A stretch of 64,000 nt of DNA from Lama guanicoe (taxonomy: Eukaryota): NCBI GenBank assembly GCA_013239625.1, contig MU053561.1:4819214-4883213 (forward strand). Reading direction: 5' to 3'. Each line of letters begins with the position of its first letter. The first letter of the stretch is position 1. Shown in pieces: positions 35,607 through 48,432 of the stretch. The translations under genes were made by a program, and so were the position numbers. The notes below the pieces were generated by a model. That model searched no databases. It saw only the letters and a program-made list of their open reading frames with translations, and had not been told where the DNA came from.

Positions 35607-35964
35607 AAGATGCTCAGGGGATCAGGAAGCCAGTCAGAAGAGCACAGGGACCCTGAGGCAAAGTTCCTCTCCTGCTGTGGGCACTACTGACACAGGGCTG
35701 ACCCCACGGATGCCTTCCCCTTTCTTCATCTCGGGTAGATAGGTGAGTGAAGTGGGGAAGTGAACAATTTGGGGCTGACACTGAAGCAAGGGTCCAGGAT
35801 TCCCCCCATAAGGGATAGGATACCCCTGTTGGGTAGAGCACAGGCTGGGAATGGATTTTTAACAAAATCGAAAATAGAAGAGTTGAGTCCAGACTTTTTA
35901 AACTTTTGATCTCAGCTTTTCTATTATTTATGCATATGTGAATGGGGAATGATCTAGTGTCTTT

Positions 35965-36190
35965 CTTTTTGTTGTTAATTGAAGTATAGTTGATTTGCAA
36001 CATTATATGAATTTCAGGTACACAGCAAAGTGATTGTTATACATATATATGTATATATCTATAGTCTTTTTTCTATTCTTTTCCATTCTAGTTCATTACA
36101 AGATATTGAATATAGTTCCCTGTGCTTTACAGTAAATCCTTGTTGTTTATCTATCTTATATATGATAGTGTGTATCTATTAATCCCATAA
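35965..36190 (-). mobile_element. L1 3' tail
   Basis: aattgaagtatagttgattt...gatattgaatatagttccctgtgc. Confidence 0.85.
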
Positions 36191-36309
36191 TAGTCTAGAT
36201 TTTTTAAACAGGATAAAGAAAAGGTTTTCATAAAGGCCAAGCATTTATGTATCACAGACTTAATTTTTGTCCCTTTCAGGTGCCATCTCTTCTATCTATC
36301 ATTAATAAT

Positions 36310-36655
36310 TTCTTTAAATCAGCTCACTTTTTTTAACCCATGAAATTTATTAAAAAAAACTATATCACCTCAGTAAGTGGAAAACCAATATAACTTGTGA
36401 AAATAGAATAAAATAAAAACAATGAAAATAAATGAATATGATTAAATTCTAGCTCTACATTGTTGCCTGTTAAAGGTGCTGAACCTTAAGGCCTGCTTTG
36501 TTAAAAAGGAAGATTAGACATTTTTGGAAACATGGAAGATATACTAGCATTGACTTGAGACTTCTTGATTTAAACAGAACTGAAAGAGAGTAAAAAGGAA
36601 ATAACCTTTCCACCACGTGATTCAGTATTAATTCAATCTCCATGTACCAACTGAG
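36310..36655. mobile_element. hAT-Charlie fragment (Charlie4-like)
   Basis: attaaattctagctctacattgttgcctg...ctttgttaaaaaggaagattag...gtgattcagtatt match a recalled Charlie consensus. Confidence 0.6.
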
Positions 36656-37029
36656 AAAAGTTGACAAAAAGAAAAAAGCTTGAGATAACAGTAAATATAA
36701 AGCAAAAAAGACAGGGAGAGCAAAGCAATTAGAGAAACAATATTTGATAGTACCTATAAACTCTTCTATAAACTCTCCCCTCCCCCCCAAATGACAGGGA
36801 GGACATGAGGTTAAAATCCATCAACCAAGTGATAAAATTAGGAATTGAGAAGATGTAGTAAAAAGTCTCATGGTACACACTTTACCATTTACATGTGGAA
36901 TTAAGACTAAATAATCCTGGGATTTTTAAAAATAGCTAGAGTCAATTAAGATGTTCTAAAAGTGAAATACATAATTGAGGAACTCTAATTCTTAAACTTT
37001 TCACCTTTTTTCTTACCCACCGAGGGATT

Positions 37030-37500
37030 TTGTTTCAGTTATCTATCGTTGCATAACCAACAGTCTCAAAAGTCACTGGCTTGAAATACAACCATCATGT
37101 ATTTGATCACAATTTGGCTGTTTGGGCAGGGCTCAGAGTAGGGACAGTTTATCTCTAGTGTACCTGGTGTCAGCTGGAGTGGGAGGAGGCACTTCCAAGA
37201 CGGCTCACTCGTTTGGCTGGCAAAGTTGATGCTGGCTGTTGGCCGGGACCTCAGTTCTCCATCTTGCTGGCCTGTCTGTGCAGCTGCTTGGGCTTCCTTG
37301 CAGCATGGTGGCTGGATTCCAAGAGGAAGAAAGTACACACTTCTAGTTCACTTAGGGGTGAGGCCCCGAATCAGAACAGCGTCACTTTTATAGTATTCTG
37401 TTGGTCAAAGCAGCCACAGGCCAGGCTCAGATTCAAGGCCATGGAGAAACACCTCTCATGGGAGGAGTGACAAAGAACTTGTGACCATTTGCCACTACAA
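37030..37500 (-). mobile_element. MLT1-type MaLR LTR
   Basis: tcagttatctatcgttgcataacc...ttccaagacggctcactc...ggcttccttgcagcatggtggctgg...ccactaca. Confidence 0.8.
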
Positions 37501-37659
37501 CTGTCACTATATTTTTTTTTGTGAGAGGACATTTCCTGTTTCATTTCTATTTCTTTTTCATGTTAAATTTTAAAATAATATTAAATTTCATATTTTACCA
37601 AATGAACATATAGACAATAATCTCACTTTTGAAAAATTATTTCCATCTACCTATCCACA

Positions 37660-38120
37660 TTTTTTTTGGTTTTTTTTTTTATTGAAGTATAGTTGATTTA
37701 ATGTTGTGTTAGTTTCTGGTGTACAGCAAAGTGATTCAGTTATACATATATGTTCTTTTTCATATTCTTTTCTATTATGGTTGATTACAGAATATTGAAT
37801 ATAGTTTCCTATGCTATACAGTATGATCTTGCTGTTTATTTTATATATAGTAGTTTGTCTCTGCTAATCCCAAATTCCCATTTTATCCTTCCCTCACCTC
37901 CTTTCCGCTTTGGTAACTGTAAGTTTTTTTCTATGTCTGTGAGTCTCTGTTTTGTAAATAAGTTCATTTGTATTATATTTTAGATTCCACATATAAGTGA
38001 TATCATATGACATTTGTCTTTCTCTGACATACTTCACTTAGTATATTATCTCTAGGCCCATTCATGTTGCTGCAAATGGCATTATTTCATTCTTCTTTTT
38101 AATGGCTGAGTAGTATTCCA

Positions 38121-38166
<46 letters not shown>

Positions 38167-38287
38167 CATGTCTTATTTATCCAATCATCTGTTGACGGAC
38201 GTTTAGGCTGCTTCCATGTCTTGGCTATGGTAAACAGTGTTGCTTTGAATGTTGGGGTGCATGTATCTTTTTGAATTAGAGTTTTCT
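37660..38287 (-). mobile_element. L1 3' end with internal (CA)n at 38122-38162
   Basis: Poly-T plus attgaagtatagttgattt 3'UTR. Flanks share ctatccaca. Confidence 0.9.
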
Positions 38288-40069
38288 CCATCTATCCACA
38301 CTTCTAACTGAATACATGCACAAAGAGATGTCTAGAATAATGTTTAACAATATTAATAATATGTATATCTAATTAATAGTATTTGGGATGATTTAAAATT
38401 TTTTTTAATTTTATGTGCTGTCCTATTTTGTTTGAATTTTTTATATGTATCACTTTTTGGTTTCTTCTGGGTTTTTTTTAAGACTATTTTTTTAGGGCAG
38501 TTTTAGGTAGGTTCACAGCAAAGTTGAGACGAAGGTACAGAGATTTTTGTAAACTTGTTATCTTAAAAAACCTAGAAGGAAATGAGTCGTTGGAAAATCA
38601 ATTTGCCTCTAGTGAGAGAGGCAACACTCACAATGTCAGTGGGTTGGAGGTGTTCCTGTGGACCGCCAAGTGCTATTTCATTGTGTAGAAGAAAATGAGG
38701 TCCAGAGAGTGTCTTGCATGGGTTCACAGGTCTAACACTCAGGGGGGTGTTCGGGAGGCCAACTGAATGATTGTTATTGAGTTGTGTGTCACATCCTTTT
38801 CCAAATGTGAAGGAGTGAACTGGCTTGGATTTTATCTACTAGGAATCTATGCATGTGGACATACCACGTGGAGCAATAAACATGCTGTATTGGAGATAAG
38901 AACAGGGGATGAACTCAGTTACCAGTTTGATTTCTGGGCACCTTTGCAAAAACTTAGAAAGGTTTTCAATTTAAGTCCCTTTCCTGGAGGTCCCCCTGAT
39001 GCATGAACTTTTCAGAGGGGTGGTCTACCTGTGACATGAAAACCACTGTGACACATTGAAGGATATTTCCAGGGGGAAGAACTTAAAAGTCCCTTTGACA
39101 ATGGAAGGCACTGAGGTGGGAGGTCTGGCCAGGCCCTGCTGTTGGTCCAGACAAAGGGAGAGCACATTTCAGGGGCCTACTGAAGTCGAGCAGAGCGTGT
39201 CCATCTGGCTCCATGCTGCCAACTGTAGTTGCTCCTCTTCTGTCATTGAATGACTGGCTCCTTGGGTTTTGCTGGTAATTTCTGCAAATTGATGGCAAAC
39301 AGGATGTCTGGGGCTCCTGCTGTGGCTGGACGGCTGGCTGTAGGGATGACCATGATGGACTCTCACCCTCAAGGGCCTCTTCCACTTGCTGGGGTTCCTG
39401 GAGAGGCACTTCCTTGCCCAGCAAGACTTGGTCTCCCAGGCCTGGTCCGGCCTGCCCTTGCCTTTGCAGCGCAGCCCTGGGCTCCACGTGTGTGGTCTTG
39501 GCTAGCTCTCTGCTCCTCACTGAGGGGCACAGCACAGAGTTCATTGACACTAAATCTTCCCTGACATTTTGCTGAAGTAACTATTTCCCAGCATCCAGCA
39601 GCTCTCTGGTGACCTTAATGGGAAAGGAGCCAGCCTCCAGCAAATCTCTTTTTGAGGCAAGAGGAACATGACCACGAAGCCGGCAATAAATAAAGCCCCA
39701 GTGCAGTGAGTGCAGCGAGGATGGAAACCTGCTGTTTTTGTCCAATTGCATCAAGAAATAAAAATGTCCATGAATCTATCTTGTCCGATTTGGTTGCTGT
39801 TCGTTTTCCAGGACATTTCCCTGGAGAGGCTCATTCTCTTGTTTTCATTCTTGCTTCCTTCTGCCACCACAAGAGGGCTGGAGAGGTCTGGCTCTGTAAT
39901 CTTTCCACCTCTCCCTGTCCCCTTCAATGACCAGCAGAGATTACTTCAGGAGCTAAGGTGCCATCTTTTGAAAAGTCGTGCCTCATTCAGAACAGGTTTG
40001 AGAACACTGACAAGGAACTGTGTTTAGCAGGGGAAAACAACTCATCCTTTCAACAACTAACATTCCAGA

Positions 40070-40460
40070 CACTTTAACTGAGCGCATTCTGTATACCGGG
40101 TATTGTACTCGGTGCAGGGCGGCTGCTCGGAGGAGGGCAGGGAGGTGTGGAGGGCTTACAGTATTGGGGGAATTAAAAGTACTCTGAATAGCTAGAAGAA
40201 GGCTGCATATAATTTTTCATTGTTTTCAAAAATGAAAAAGACAAAAACATTTCTCCTCATGGAGTTCCCATTTTAATGAAAAAGACAGAGAAGAAAATAA
40301 CCAATATGCTATGTTCTTTAATAAAAGTATCTGCGTGCTGCTTTGGGAGCTGAGTAGAAAGAAGGACTGAATTAAATCAGCTGTGGAGGGAGCTGGAGGT
40401 TGGGGGGAGGGCAGGGAGGGTTTCAGAGCACAGAGGAAAACTGAACTGAGTGTTGATGGG
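40070..40460 (-). mobile_element. L2 fragments
   Basis: actgagcgcattctgtataccggg and cctcatggagttcccattttaatg L2 3' motifs. Confidence 0.45.
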
Positions 40461-40664
40461 CGAGTAGATTTTTCTGAAGTCAACAGTGGCTGAGAGGGAA
40501 CTCCAGACAGCAGAAACCAGACGTGTAAATGCTGAAATGTGTGAAGAAATATTGCTGTGGGGCAATCGCACATACAATGCAATGGTTCAGCCAGCATGGA
40601 GATTGTGGATCCTGAAGGACCTCGTGAGTCATGGGGCACTAAAAGCCATGGCTCTGGGGACAGC

Positions 40665-40830
40665 GCTGAGTTCACATCTGATCCGATAGCCGGGTAGCTG
40701 GGTGACCTTGATCAAGGGAGTGTCTCTGGGCCTTAGTTTCATCCTCTAGAAAATGGGTTCAATAATATCCACGTCCCAGGGGTTGTGAGACGTAAACGGA
40801 TGCTCTAAAGTGACTAGCACTGTGCTAACC
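40665..40830 (+). mobile_element. MIR
   Basis: tgggtgaccttg...ctctgggccttagtttcatcctctagaaaatggg...ggttgtgag. Confidence 0.75.
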
Positions 40831-41249
40831 TCAAAGAGCGGCTTTTCTTCTCTGACTTCTCTTCCCTGGGTGTGTGGGACCCAGGTTGCCCCTGCTGAAG
40901 GGCTGGGCTGGGGGCAGGCTTCCCCCCAGGGTCAGGCCGGGTCCAGGGCTGGGCCTGCAGCAGGGAGACCAGGGAAACAGAAAAGCAGCTGGACTGACAC
41001 CTTCCATCCTGGGCTTCAGGGGGCTGTGGATAGACCAATACCCACAGCCATGCCCAGCAAGGACATCTCAGAGCTCCCAGTGCATATTTACTCCGGTGAT
41101 ATTCAGGGCCCTGGAAGGGAAGCTGTCAGCTCTTTAAGGCAATGCCTCATTTTAAGGGGCACCAGCTCGTCTGGAAATCTCCCCAGATACCTGTACACTC
41201 CCACCAAAGCCTGCAGACAATTTCAGGGTGTTTGCAGACCCCTCTGAGG

Positions 41250-41655
41250 CCCATCCCCGGCCCGCAGGTAGCCGCTGATGACTTCACAAGCCGGGGAAGA
41301 ACCGTCCTCCAGCCTCCGGGGGGAGGCAGCTGTGTCTCCGGACAGCTTGACGCCTTCCCGGTTGGCAAACGCCCTTCCAGCCTCACACGTCCCTGGACTT
41401 GGTCACCCAAGAGACGCAGCTGGAGAGCACCGGCTCTCCCGGGCTTCTCATGCTGCCGCCTCTTGGCCTCTTTATTCAGTTTTCCGAGCGGCAGAAGCGC
41501 ACATTAGGTCACTGGAAGTGATTTCATTTGCGCGCAGCAAGCGATGGCAGGAAATCGCTGGGCCGCCGCAGCCCCGCGCGGGCGTCCGCGGGCCATCGAT
41601 CCGGAGCAGCTCCAGGACCTGACCTCGCTTCATGGGCTCGGGCGCTGCGCTGGAG
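41250..41655. promoter_or_regulatory. Small CpG island without an evident gene (candidate enhancer or promoter)
   Basis: About 36 CpG counted by eye in about 400 bp, against a CpG-depleted background. Not a recognisable repeat. Confidence 0.65.
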
Positions 41656-42059
41656 GGAGTTTTAATTAGAACACTGAAGTGCATTTGTCTTCTAAAGCAC
41701 ATCAGGGATAAAATATTAAAAGGGCAAATACTCTTTTCCAAGAGAATGATTTTTCCTGCCAGTGTGTTTTATTGGAACAATAACCCTGACAAAATCAAAG
41801 GAACACCCAAGCTCCTGCCGGGAGAAGCTGATGAAAGTAAAGGCATCTCTGTCATCACAACAACTACCCTTTGTTCAGTACCGAATATGCGCCAGCCAAC
41901 TTCTACATTTATCGGGTTATTTAACCCTCCTGATGATCCTTCCAGGACCCATCTTACACCTGGGGACATTGAGGCTCAGAGAGATTTGTCCAACACTCTT
42001 AAACTACCCTTCAAATCCGTATTCAGAGTTTACATTCTCATGATGGTTAGTCACAGATG

Positions 42060-43060
42060 AATCATGTGGGTATTCCAATTACACTTCCTCTCTCATTCAT
42101 CTTTTTGTTCCTTTCTGTGTGTTCATTCCTTACTTCCTGGATGCCATATCGTCTTGTTTCTGATTTTTCTTTATTTTTGTGGAGCTCATTTTCTGGTAGT
42201 TTCCTGAGAGAAGGTTCATGGACGTACATTTTTTTCAGACCCTGCGTGGTTGAAAATGCCCTTCTTTTACCCTCATACTTTACTGATAAGTTGGGGAGGC
42301 ACAGAATTCTATATTGAAGACAATTTTCCTTCAGAACTTTAAAATCTGTGTTTCATTGTCTTCTAGCTCCCAGTGTTGCTACTAGGAGAATCATTGTCAT
42401 TCTGATTCCTGACAGCTTCAGAAAATCGCATGTGATCTCATTTCTAATTTCTCTGCTCCAAAGCTTTTCAGGATCTTTTCTTTCTCCTTGGTGCAGTGAA
42501 ATTCCATGACTATGAACTTTGATGTGGGCTTTGTTTTTCATTCATTACACACTTGAGGGGCCCTTTCAGACTGGAGGCCTCTATTCTTCTGTTTTGTGAA
42601 ATTTTCATGTGATGTTGCTTTATTTTTTTCCTTTTTGTCATCTTTGCTTCCTCTTTCTGGAATGTCTGTTATTCAAATGTTGATCCTCTTTGATGGATTC
42701 TCTCATTTTCTTATCTTTCCTTTTTACATTTATTTTTCTTTTGATTCACATTTTCTGGGAATTTCCTCGATTTTATCCTTAAATATTCCCATTGGGTTTA
42801 AATTTTTTAAGTCATGTTTTTAAAAAAACTATTATTTTCTGAATTTTAATTTTTTATAGAGTCTCTTATTCTCAAATTCAGGGATGCAATTATCTTACCT
42901 TACTCCGAGGGTAACGTTTATAGATTTTTAAATGTTTTCTTCTGTTCTCTTTACTGTCTCTTCTTTCTCTAAGTTCCTTTTATCTACTGTTTTTTTTTAA
43001 ATTGAAGTATAGTTGATTTATAATATTGTGTTAGTTTCTGGTGTACAGCAAAAGTGATTC

Positions 43061-43098
<38 letters not shown>

Positions 43099-43410
43099 TC
43101 TCTTTTTCATATTCTTTTCATATGTAGTAGTTTGTATCTGCTGGGAGTCTCCATTTCCTGAGCCTTCTCGGGATCTGCCGTACAGGTAGGTTTGCTTCTT
43201 CTTAACTTCCTCCCTCTCTGCTGGCTTTGTTCCTGGTTACTTCGGGTCCATCTGCTCCTCAGCTTTAGAAATTGTATAGGCATTTATTATCTGCTGCATT
43301 TCCTCCTCTATTTTCTTAGTTTTGCAAGTTTTTCTTTTAATGCTATCATCTTGGCGAATTTTTGGAGGGAAACAGAGATGAAAGCATGTGTTCTAGTTGC
43401 TATGTTTAAC
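42060..43410 (-). mobile_element. Ancient L1/HAL1-like ORF1-region fragment with a nested L1 tail (42990-43140) and (GT)n (43063-43096)
   Basis: cacagaattctatattgaagacaattttccttcagaac...gtcattctgattcctga antisense old L1. The nested tail starts aattgaagtatagttgattt. Confidence 0.65.
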
Positions 43411-44934
43411 CAGAAGTTCCCCAAAGCAGCCGCTCTTCATTCCTGGGTTTAGAAGAGGCCAATGGGGAAAAGGCCTCCTGGTTGTAGAACTCGACCCTAT
43501 CTTATCCCCAGGCCAGCCAGCACTGCTCGGTTTGACAGTACATGTGAGATTTGCTGTATTAATGAATCTTTTAGCAATGCTCTTTGTGGCTCTCTTTCTG
43601 GAGAGGTTCAAGAAGTCAGATTTTAAGCACCAGGTAGAGCATCCTTAATGGAATAGAAGTCATTTGGCCAAGTAGGCTGTAAAGTGAATCCCTTTCCCCA
43701 TTATTCTGTTGCCAGCTGGCTTGGCTCACCTACCATGTGGTTAAACAGCTAAAGTGGCTGGTCCACTGTAAATGGCCAGCAGTCAGCTCTCTCGGACTCC
43801 TTGGCAGGTCTCAGAAGCAGCATGTTGCTTTGGTCGCAGGCAAAGTCCAGGTTTTAGCTTGGCCGAGTACAGCTTTATCCCTGAGAGTGAAAAATCATCT
43901 TGGATGCCTGTCTAAATACAACTCTCTCTTTTTCTGCTTGTTGTTTGACAAGCTTCCCATTTTTTAAGGTCCAGATGAAATGTCAACTCCTCTCCAGCTC
44001 ACTTCCTCTAGTGCTCATCCCCATGTCCGCCGGGTGCTTTTTAAAGCCTGGGATAACCTTTTCTACAGGATTCATTTGCTTGTTTATCAGTTGCTCTCGC
44101 TTGTTGGACTGTGAACTCATCGAGGCCAGACATTTGGTCTTCCCTTTTCCCCAGGGCCAAGCCGGGTGCCTGACCCGTGCACCGTGGCAATCCATGTGTA
44201 TTTGTTGACTGACGGAGTGAGGACCCCTCTATCAGCAGAGCCTGTGTGTCTTTTGGCCAGGAATGGTGAGGCATTTCTACTGACCTCCCTTTTGGCTCCA
44301 CACTGTAACCTCCAGAGGCAACTCAAGGTTTTCCATGGCAACACCCTCTCCCTTAACCCCCTGCCAGGAGAATGCACTTGGGTATGAGTCAAGAACAAAA
44401 TCGAATACCAAGATACAATTAGCCTCTGCGGTGGGGTGCACTTTGGAGGAAGGATAGGAGATTGGGCTCTATGCTTTATGATTCTTTCCTTGGATCCACC
44501 TCCTTTGGAATGAGGCTTGCTCCTCTGTAGCTGGTGTGATGAGATGGGCCTGGGTGTCCCTGGCTTCCCTTGTTTTGGCCTCTGTTGTGATCAGCAGCAT
44601 TGGACTGTGACCTGAAAACATCCTATGCCAAAGGAAGTCATCAGCCCTATGTTATCTACTCCAGTTGGAAAACTCCTTCATTTCAAGGCATCAGGTACTG
44701 GAAAATGAATGATTTCCCTACGTTAGCATTTGGGCTTACCTCTAATGAGGCATGCTTGTATACAGGATCATAATGGGCTCTTTGCTGTTGTGTTAGAACA
44801 GACTGTCTTTTCACAGGGGCCCCGCAGAATGTGTTTCAAAGGACCCAGTTCTTACTGCAAAGGAATATTTCTGATAAAGATTAACAAAGAGTGTCTTCAA
44901 AGAAACAGGATCGACCTCCTTTACCTGGAACATT

Positions 44935-45400
44935 TTTAAAAACAGGCCAATAAACAATCCAAATGTTCACCAGCTGGCGAATGGATAAACACAACGTGGT
45001 AGTATAACCAACACCCCTTAGCAGTAAGAAGGAAGCACCACTGGTACATGCAACGACATGGATGAATCTCAGTAACTCTATGCTGAGTAAAAGGAGCCAG
45101 AAGCAAAAGACTACATGGTGTGTGAATCCATTTATATGAAATTTCTACAAAAGGCAAATCTATGGAGACAGAAAGCTGATTAATGTTTGCTGGGGGGCTA
45201 GGGGTGGGAGTGGGCACTGACTGCCCATGGATGCAACACTTCTATTTGGAGTAATGGAACTGTTCTAAAACTGGGTTGTGGTGATAGTTTGCAACTATAC
45301 AAATTAACTAAGAATCATTAAACTATACGCTTTTAGTGGGGAGTTACATGATTCGTAAATTATATCTCAATGAAGCTGCTACATATGAGAAAAAAAAAGC
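44935..45400 (+). mobile_element. L1MB/MC-type 3' end
   Basis: aaacaatccaaatgttcacc...catggatgaatctc...gttctaaaactgggttgtggtgatag...tatatctcaatgaagctg followed by an A-run. Confidence 0.8.
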
Positions 45401-46209
45401 CAGACCCCCAAATTACTGAAAAACTCTTTTTCCAACTTAGGAAATGGATGGAAAAGAATAGTTGGGATGCCACAGATCTCTGTTGATCTCAATTTTAGGT
45501 GTGCATCAAGCTTAAAAGCTTTTTCCTCTTCATTTAACTACTCTGCCTTCTTGCCCTTGGAGAGGAGGAAATGGCACAGAATCCTCCTTCTGCTAAAGAC
45601 AGTGGAATCAGGAAAGCAAAGAGAGAGGAACACATTTGGCTCCCCTGAGCTGCCTCCCCCACATGCAACCTCTTCAGCTTACCTGGCCCAGAAGTGCCTT
45701 CAGCTCCTCCTTTAGCCGTGACTTTAGTCATCCAGCACAGAGCACAAAGACCTAAATTATCAGTGTGAGCAAGTTCAACCTACACACTCAGCTCCAGTCT
45801 TTTAAAGACCCTTGTGCTTCCTTGAGAGACAGTCCCGAAGGGGCAGCTCTAAACCAGGACACGAGGAGGGGGCCAATCAGCCTGAGGGAGGCACTTTGTG
45901 GACCAGTCGCTGCTGTGACTGGCTGGACAGTGGACCAAGGACCCAGGTCCATGAAGTCCAGACCGCAGAGAAAGAGTCAGGCCCCCCAGGATGGAGAGCT
46001 GAATAGAAGTAAAGGAAGAATAGGATTCTATTTCCTAATATCCTCAGGATAACAGCTCACATACTTTGCAGAACTCTTTCACATTATCTTATTTAACCTT
46101 CACAAGCTCCAGGCAAGGTTGCCATTAATATCCCCAGGAAACTGAAGGAAAGAGGTAAGATAATCAGTGATAGGTGGGGATGCAAAGTCAGCCTTTTTGA
46201 GTTTAATTA

Positions 46210-46570
46210 TGTATACTATGCTATACTATATATGTGTGTATATTTATGCTATACATAATATCTGTACCACACATGTATACATATATATGTACATACATAT
46301 CTATGTGTGTATATATACTATATGTACTATATATATACGATGTATGGTATATGTACTACAGTATATACTATACTATATATTTGATATGTGTACCATACTA
46401 TACTATATATACTATACATATGGTATATGTACTATATATGTATACACATACCTATATATGTGTGTATATATATAGAGAGATCAATCTATCTATTGACTTA
46501 TCATCTATTTTTATCTATCCATCTATCCATCTATCTATCTATCCATCTATCTATTTTTCTATCTCTACCT
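46210..46570. repeat. TA-rich low-complexity tract followed by (TCTA/TCCA)n
   Basis: tatactata/tatatgt units, then atctatcc/atctatct units. Confidence 0.9.
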
Positions 46571-46599
46571 ATTGTGTATTAGGCTTTGTCTTAAGCCCC

Positions 46600-46760
46600 T
46601 TACATTGAGTCTTGCCCACAATTCTGTGAAGCTGGTACAGAGGAGGAAACTGAGGCACAGAGAGATTACTTTGCCTAAGGTCACACCGTGCCCAAGTGGC
46701 AGAGCTGCAATTTAAACCCACACCGTGCAGTGTGCTTTTCACGACACCATGCTGCCTGCC
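46600..46760 (-). mobile_element. MIR
   Basis: acagaggaggaaactgaggcacagagagattactttgcctaaggtcacac. Confidence 0.8.
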
Positions 46761-47689
46761 TCGAGGCCCGCCATGCTGGTGCATTTTGGATTTGATTTCA
46801 GGGTACAGACTGCACGCCCATCCTGGCTTTCGCAGCTCCAGCCTGTCATGCCTTCATCTGCAAGGACTCCACTTCCTGCTATCACGGCAGCTCTCCTACC
46901 GTCAGTCTCCTAAACACTTAGCAGTTTCTCTCACTCCCAGGCTTGGCTTCTGTTTCCGAAGCTGCCAGTATCATGGTACAGTCCCAGGAGGAACTGGAAA
47001 AGTATGTGGATTTTATGAGCCTATGGATTTTTGAAGAGATATGAGTGTTGATTTATTAGTTTCTCTGCATGTTGAAATGATTGTCTAAAAACTTTATAGA
47101 TATATTTACATGGAAATCTTCCAACTAAAGAATGTATGCTGATACAAAGAGATTTGCTGCCAATATTGTTTCATTTCAAGTTTACACTGAATCAGGCCTG
47201 AGTAAATATTTATGATTTCTCTTGAAATGTGACAGACTCATGACATGGTAATTAATTTTACTGTAGGCTGAATTCAGAATGACTTTGGTAATATATGAGT
47301 AGGTGTGTAAAATGCTTATAGGGCTTTCAAAAATAAGCCCAAGGCTTAAATGAAACCTTAACCAGACAGCCGAGGAAGAATAAAATTGCAATTCTAATTT
47401 TGCTGGTAGAATTTCTGTGGGAAGCAAGGCGTTTTAGCAATTGATATTCATTGCAGAGAGTCAGCACACATCATATATTTTATGTACTGTTAGACTATTT
47501 GGAAACTTCAAATACACTTTTCAAGAAATGTAGGCACTGAGCAATGGTTAAAAAAGAAAGGCTAAATATAGAAAATTGGCTTTGGTTTAGGGCAAAAGCT
47601 GCAAGGAACACATATTTCAGAGCTCTCTACAAGAGGCCAAAGGGTAGTGGTTCATCCAAGGCCTCCAAATTTGGGTGCTTCTTTCTCTC

Positions 47690-48432
47690 ACCCCTACATT
47701 GAATCTGTGAGCGAATTCTGCATTTTCTACCTTAAAAAGATATCCAGAACCTGGTTACTTCTCATCACCTCCACCTCTCATTACCATACGGTCCAAGCCC
47801 CATGATTTAACATCCCCTCCCTGATCTCCTCACTACCAAGCTCCCCTTCCCCACAGAGTCTATGACTGATATGGCAGCACCATGACCCGGTCAGAACATA
47901 ACTGAGTTCATGTCACTCCTCTGCCTCCACTGACTTCTGGTCTCACTCCGACTATGAGCCAGATAAGTTCAGAGCCTACGGGCTTTTCCACTGTTTCTTG
48001 TTGTACTTCTCCCAGCTCACTCATCTCCCCCGGTCACAGGCACCCTCCTGTCTCAGGTCTCTGAAGCTTTGGTCCCTCCATCTGACAGGCTTTTCCTCCA
48101 GTATCCTTCTGGCTCCATCCTCTCCTCCTTCAGGTTTTTATGCGCATGTTGCCTTTCCAGTGGAACCTTATCTGACTGCCCTTTTAACATGTGCAACCCG
48201 CCCCTCAACCCCACCCAAATCCCTGCCCACCTTGTCTGCTTCACTATTTTCTTCAGCACTTATCACCATCTGACATTAGACAGCCTACTTATTTATTTAG
48301 AATGTAAGCTCCATGAGGTCAGGAATCTGTGTCTGTTTGGTTCACTGTTGTCTACCCCATATCTACAATAATGCCAGGTACATTGTAGGCATACGAGAGA
48401 GCATGTTATTTCTAGAATGGATGGATGGATGG
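47690..48432 (+). mobile_element. L2 3' end
   Basis: aatgtaagctccatgaggtcaggaatctgtgtctgtttggttcactg with a (tgga)n tail. Confidence 0.8.

Noticed and set aside
39083..39564. 155-aa and 104-aa ORFs in a GC-rich unique region
   Set aside because: No recognisable homology or convincing splice boundaries. Overlapping ORFs on both strands are expected by chance at this GC content.
40810..42060. ORFs around the CpG island as a first coding exon
   Set aside because: Several are open on both strands, some start or end in MIR-like sequence, and none resembles a protein I recognise.
46167..46608. Tyr/Ile-rich ORFs in three frames
   Set aside because: These are translations of TA-rich and TCTA simple repeats.
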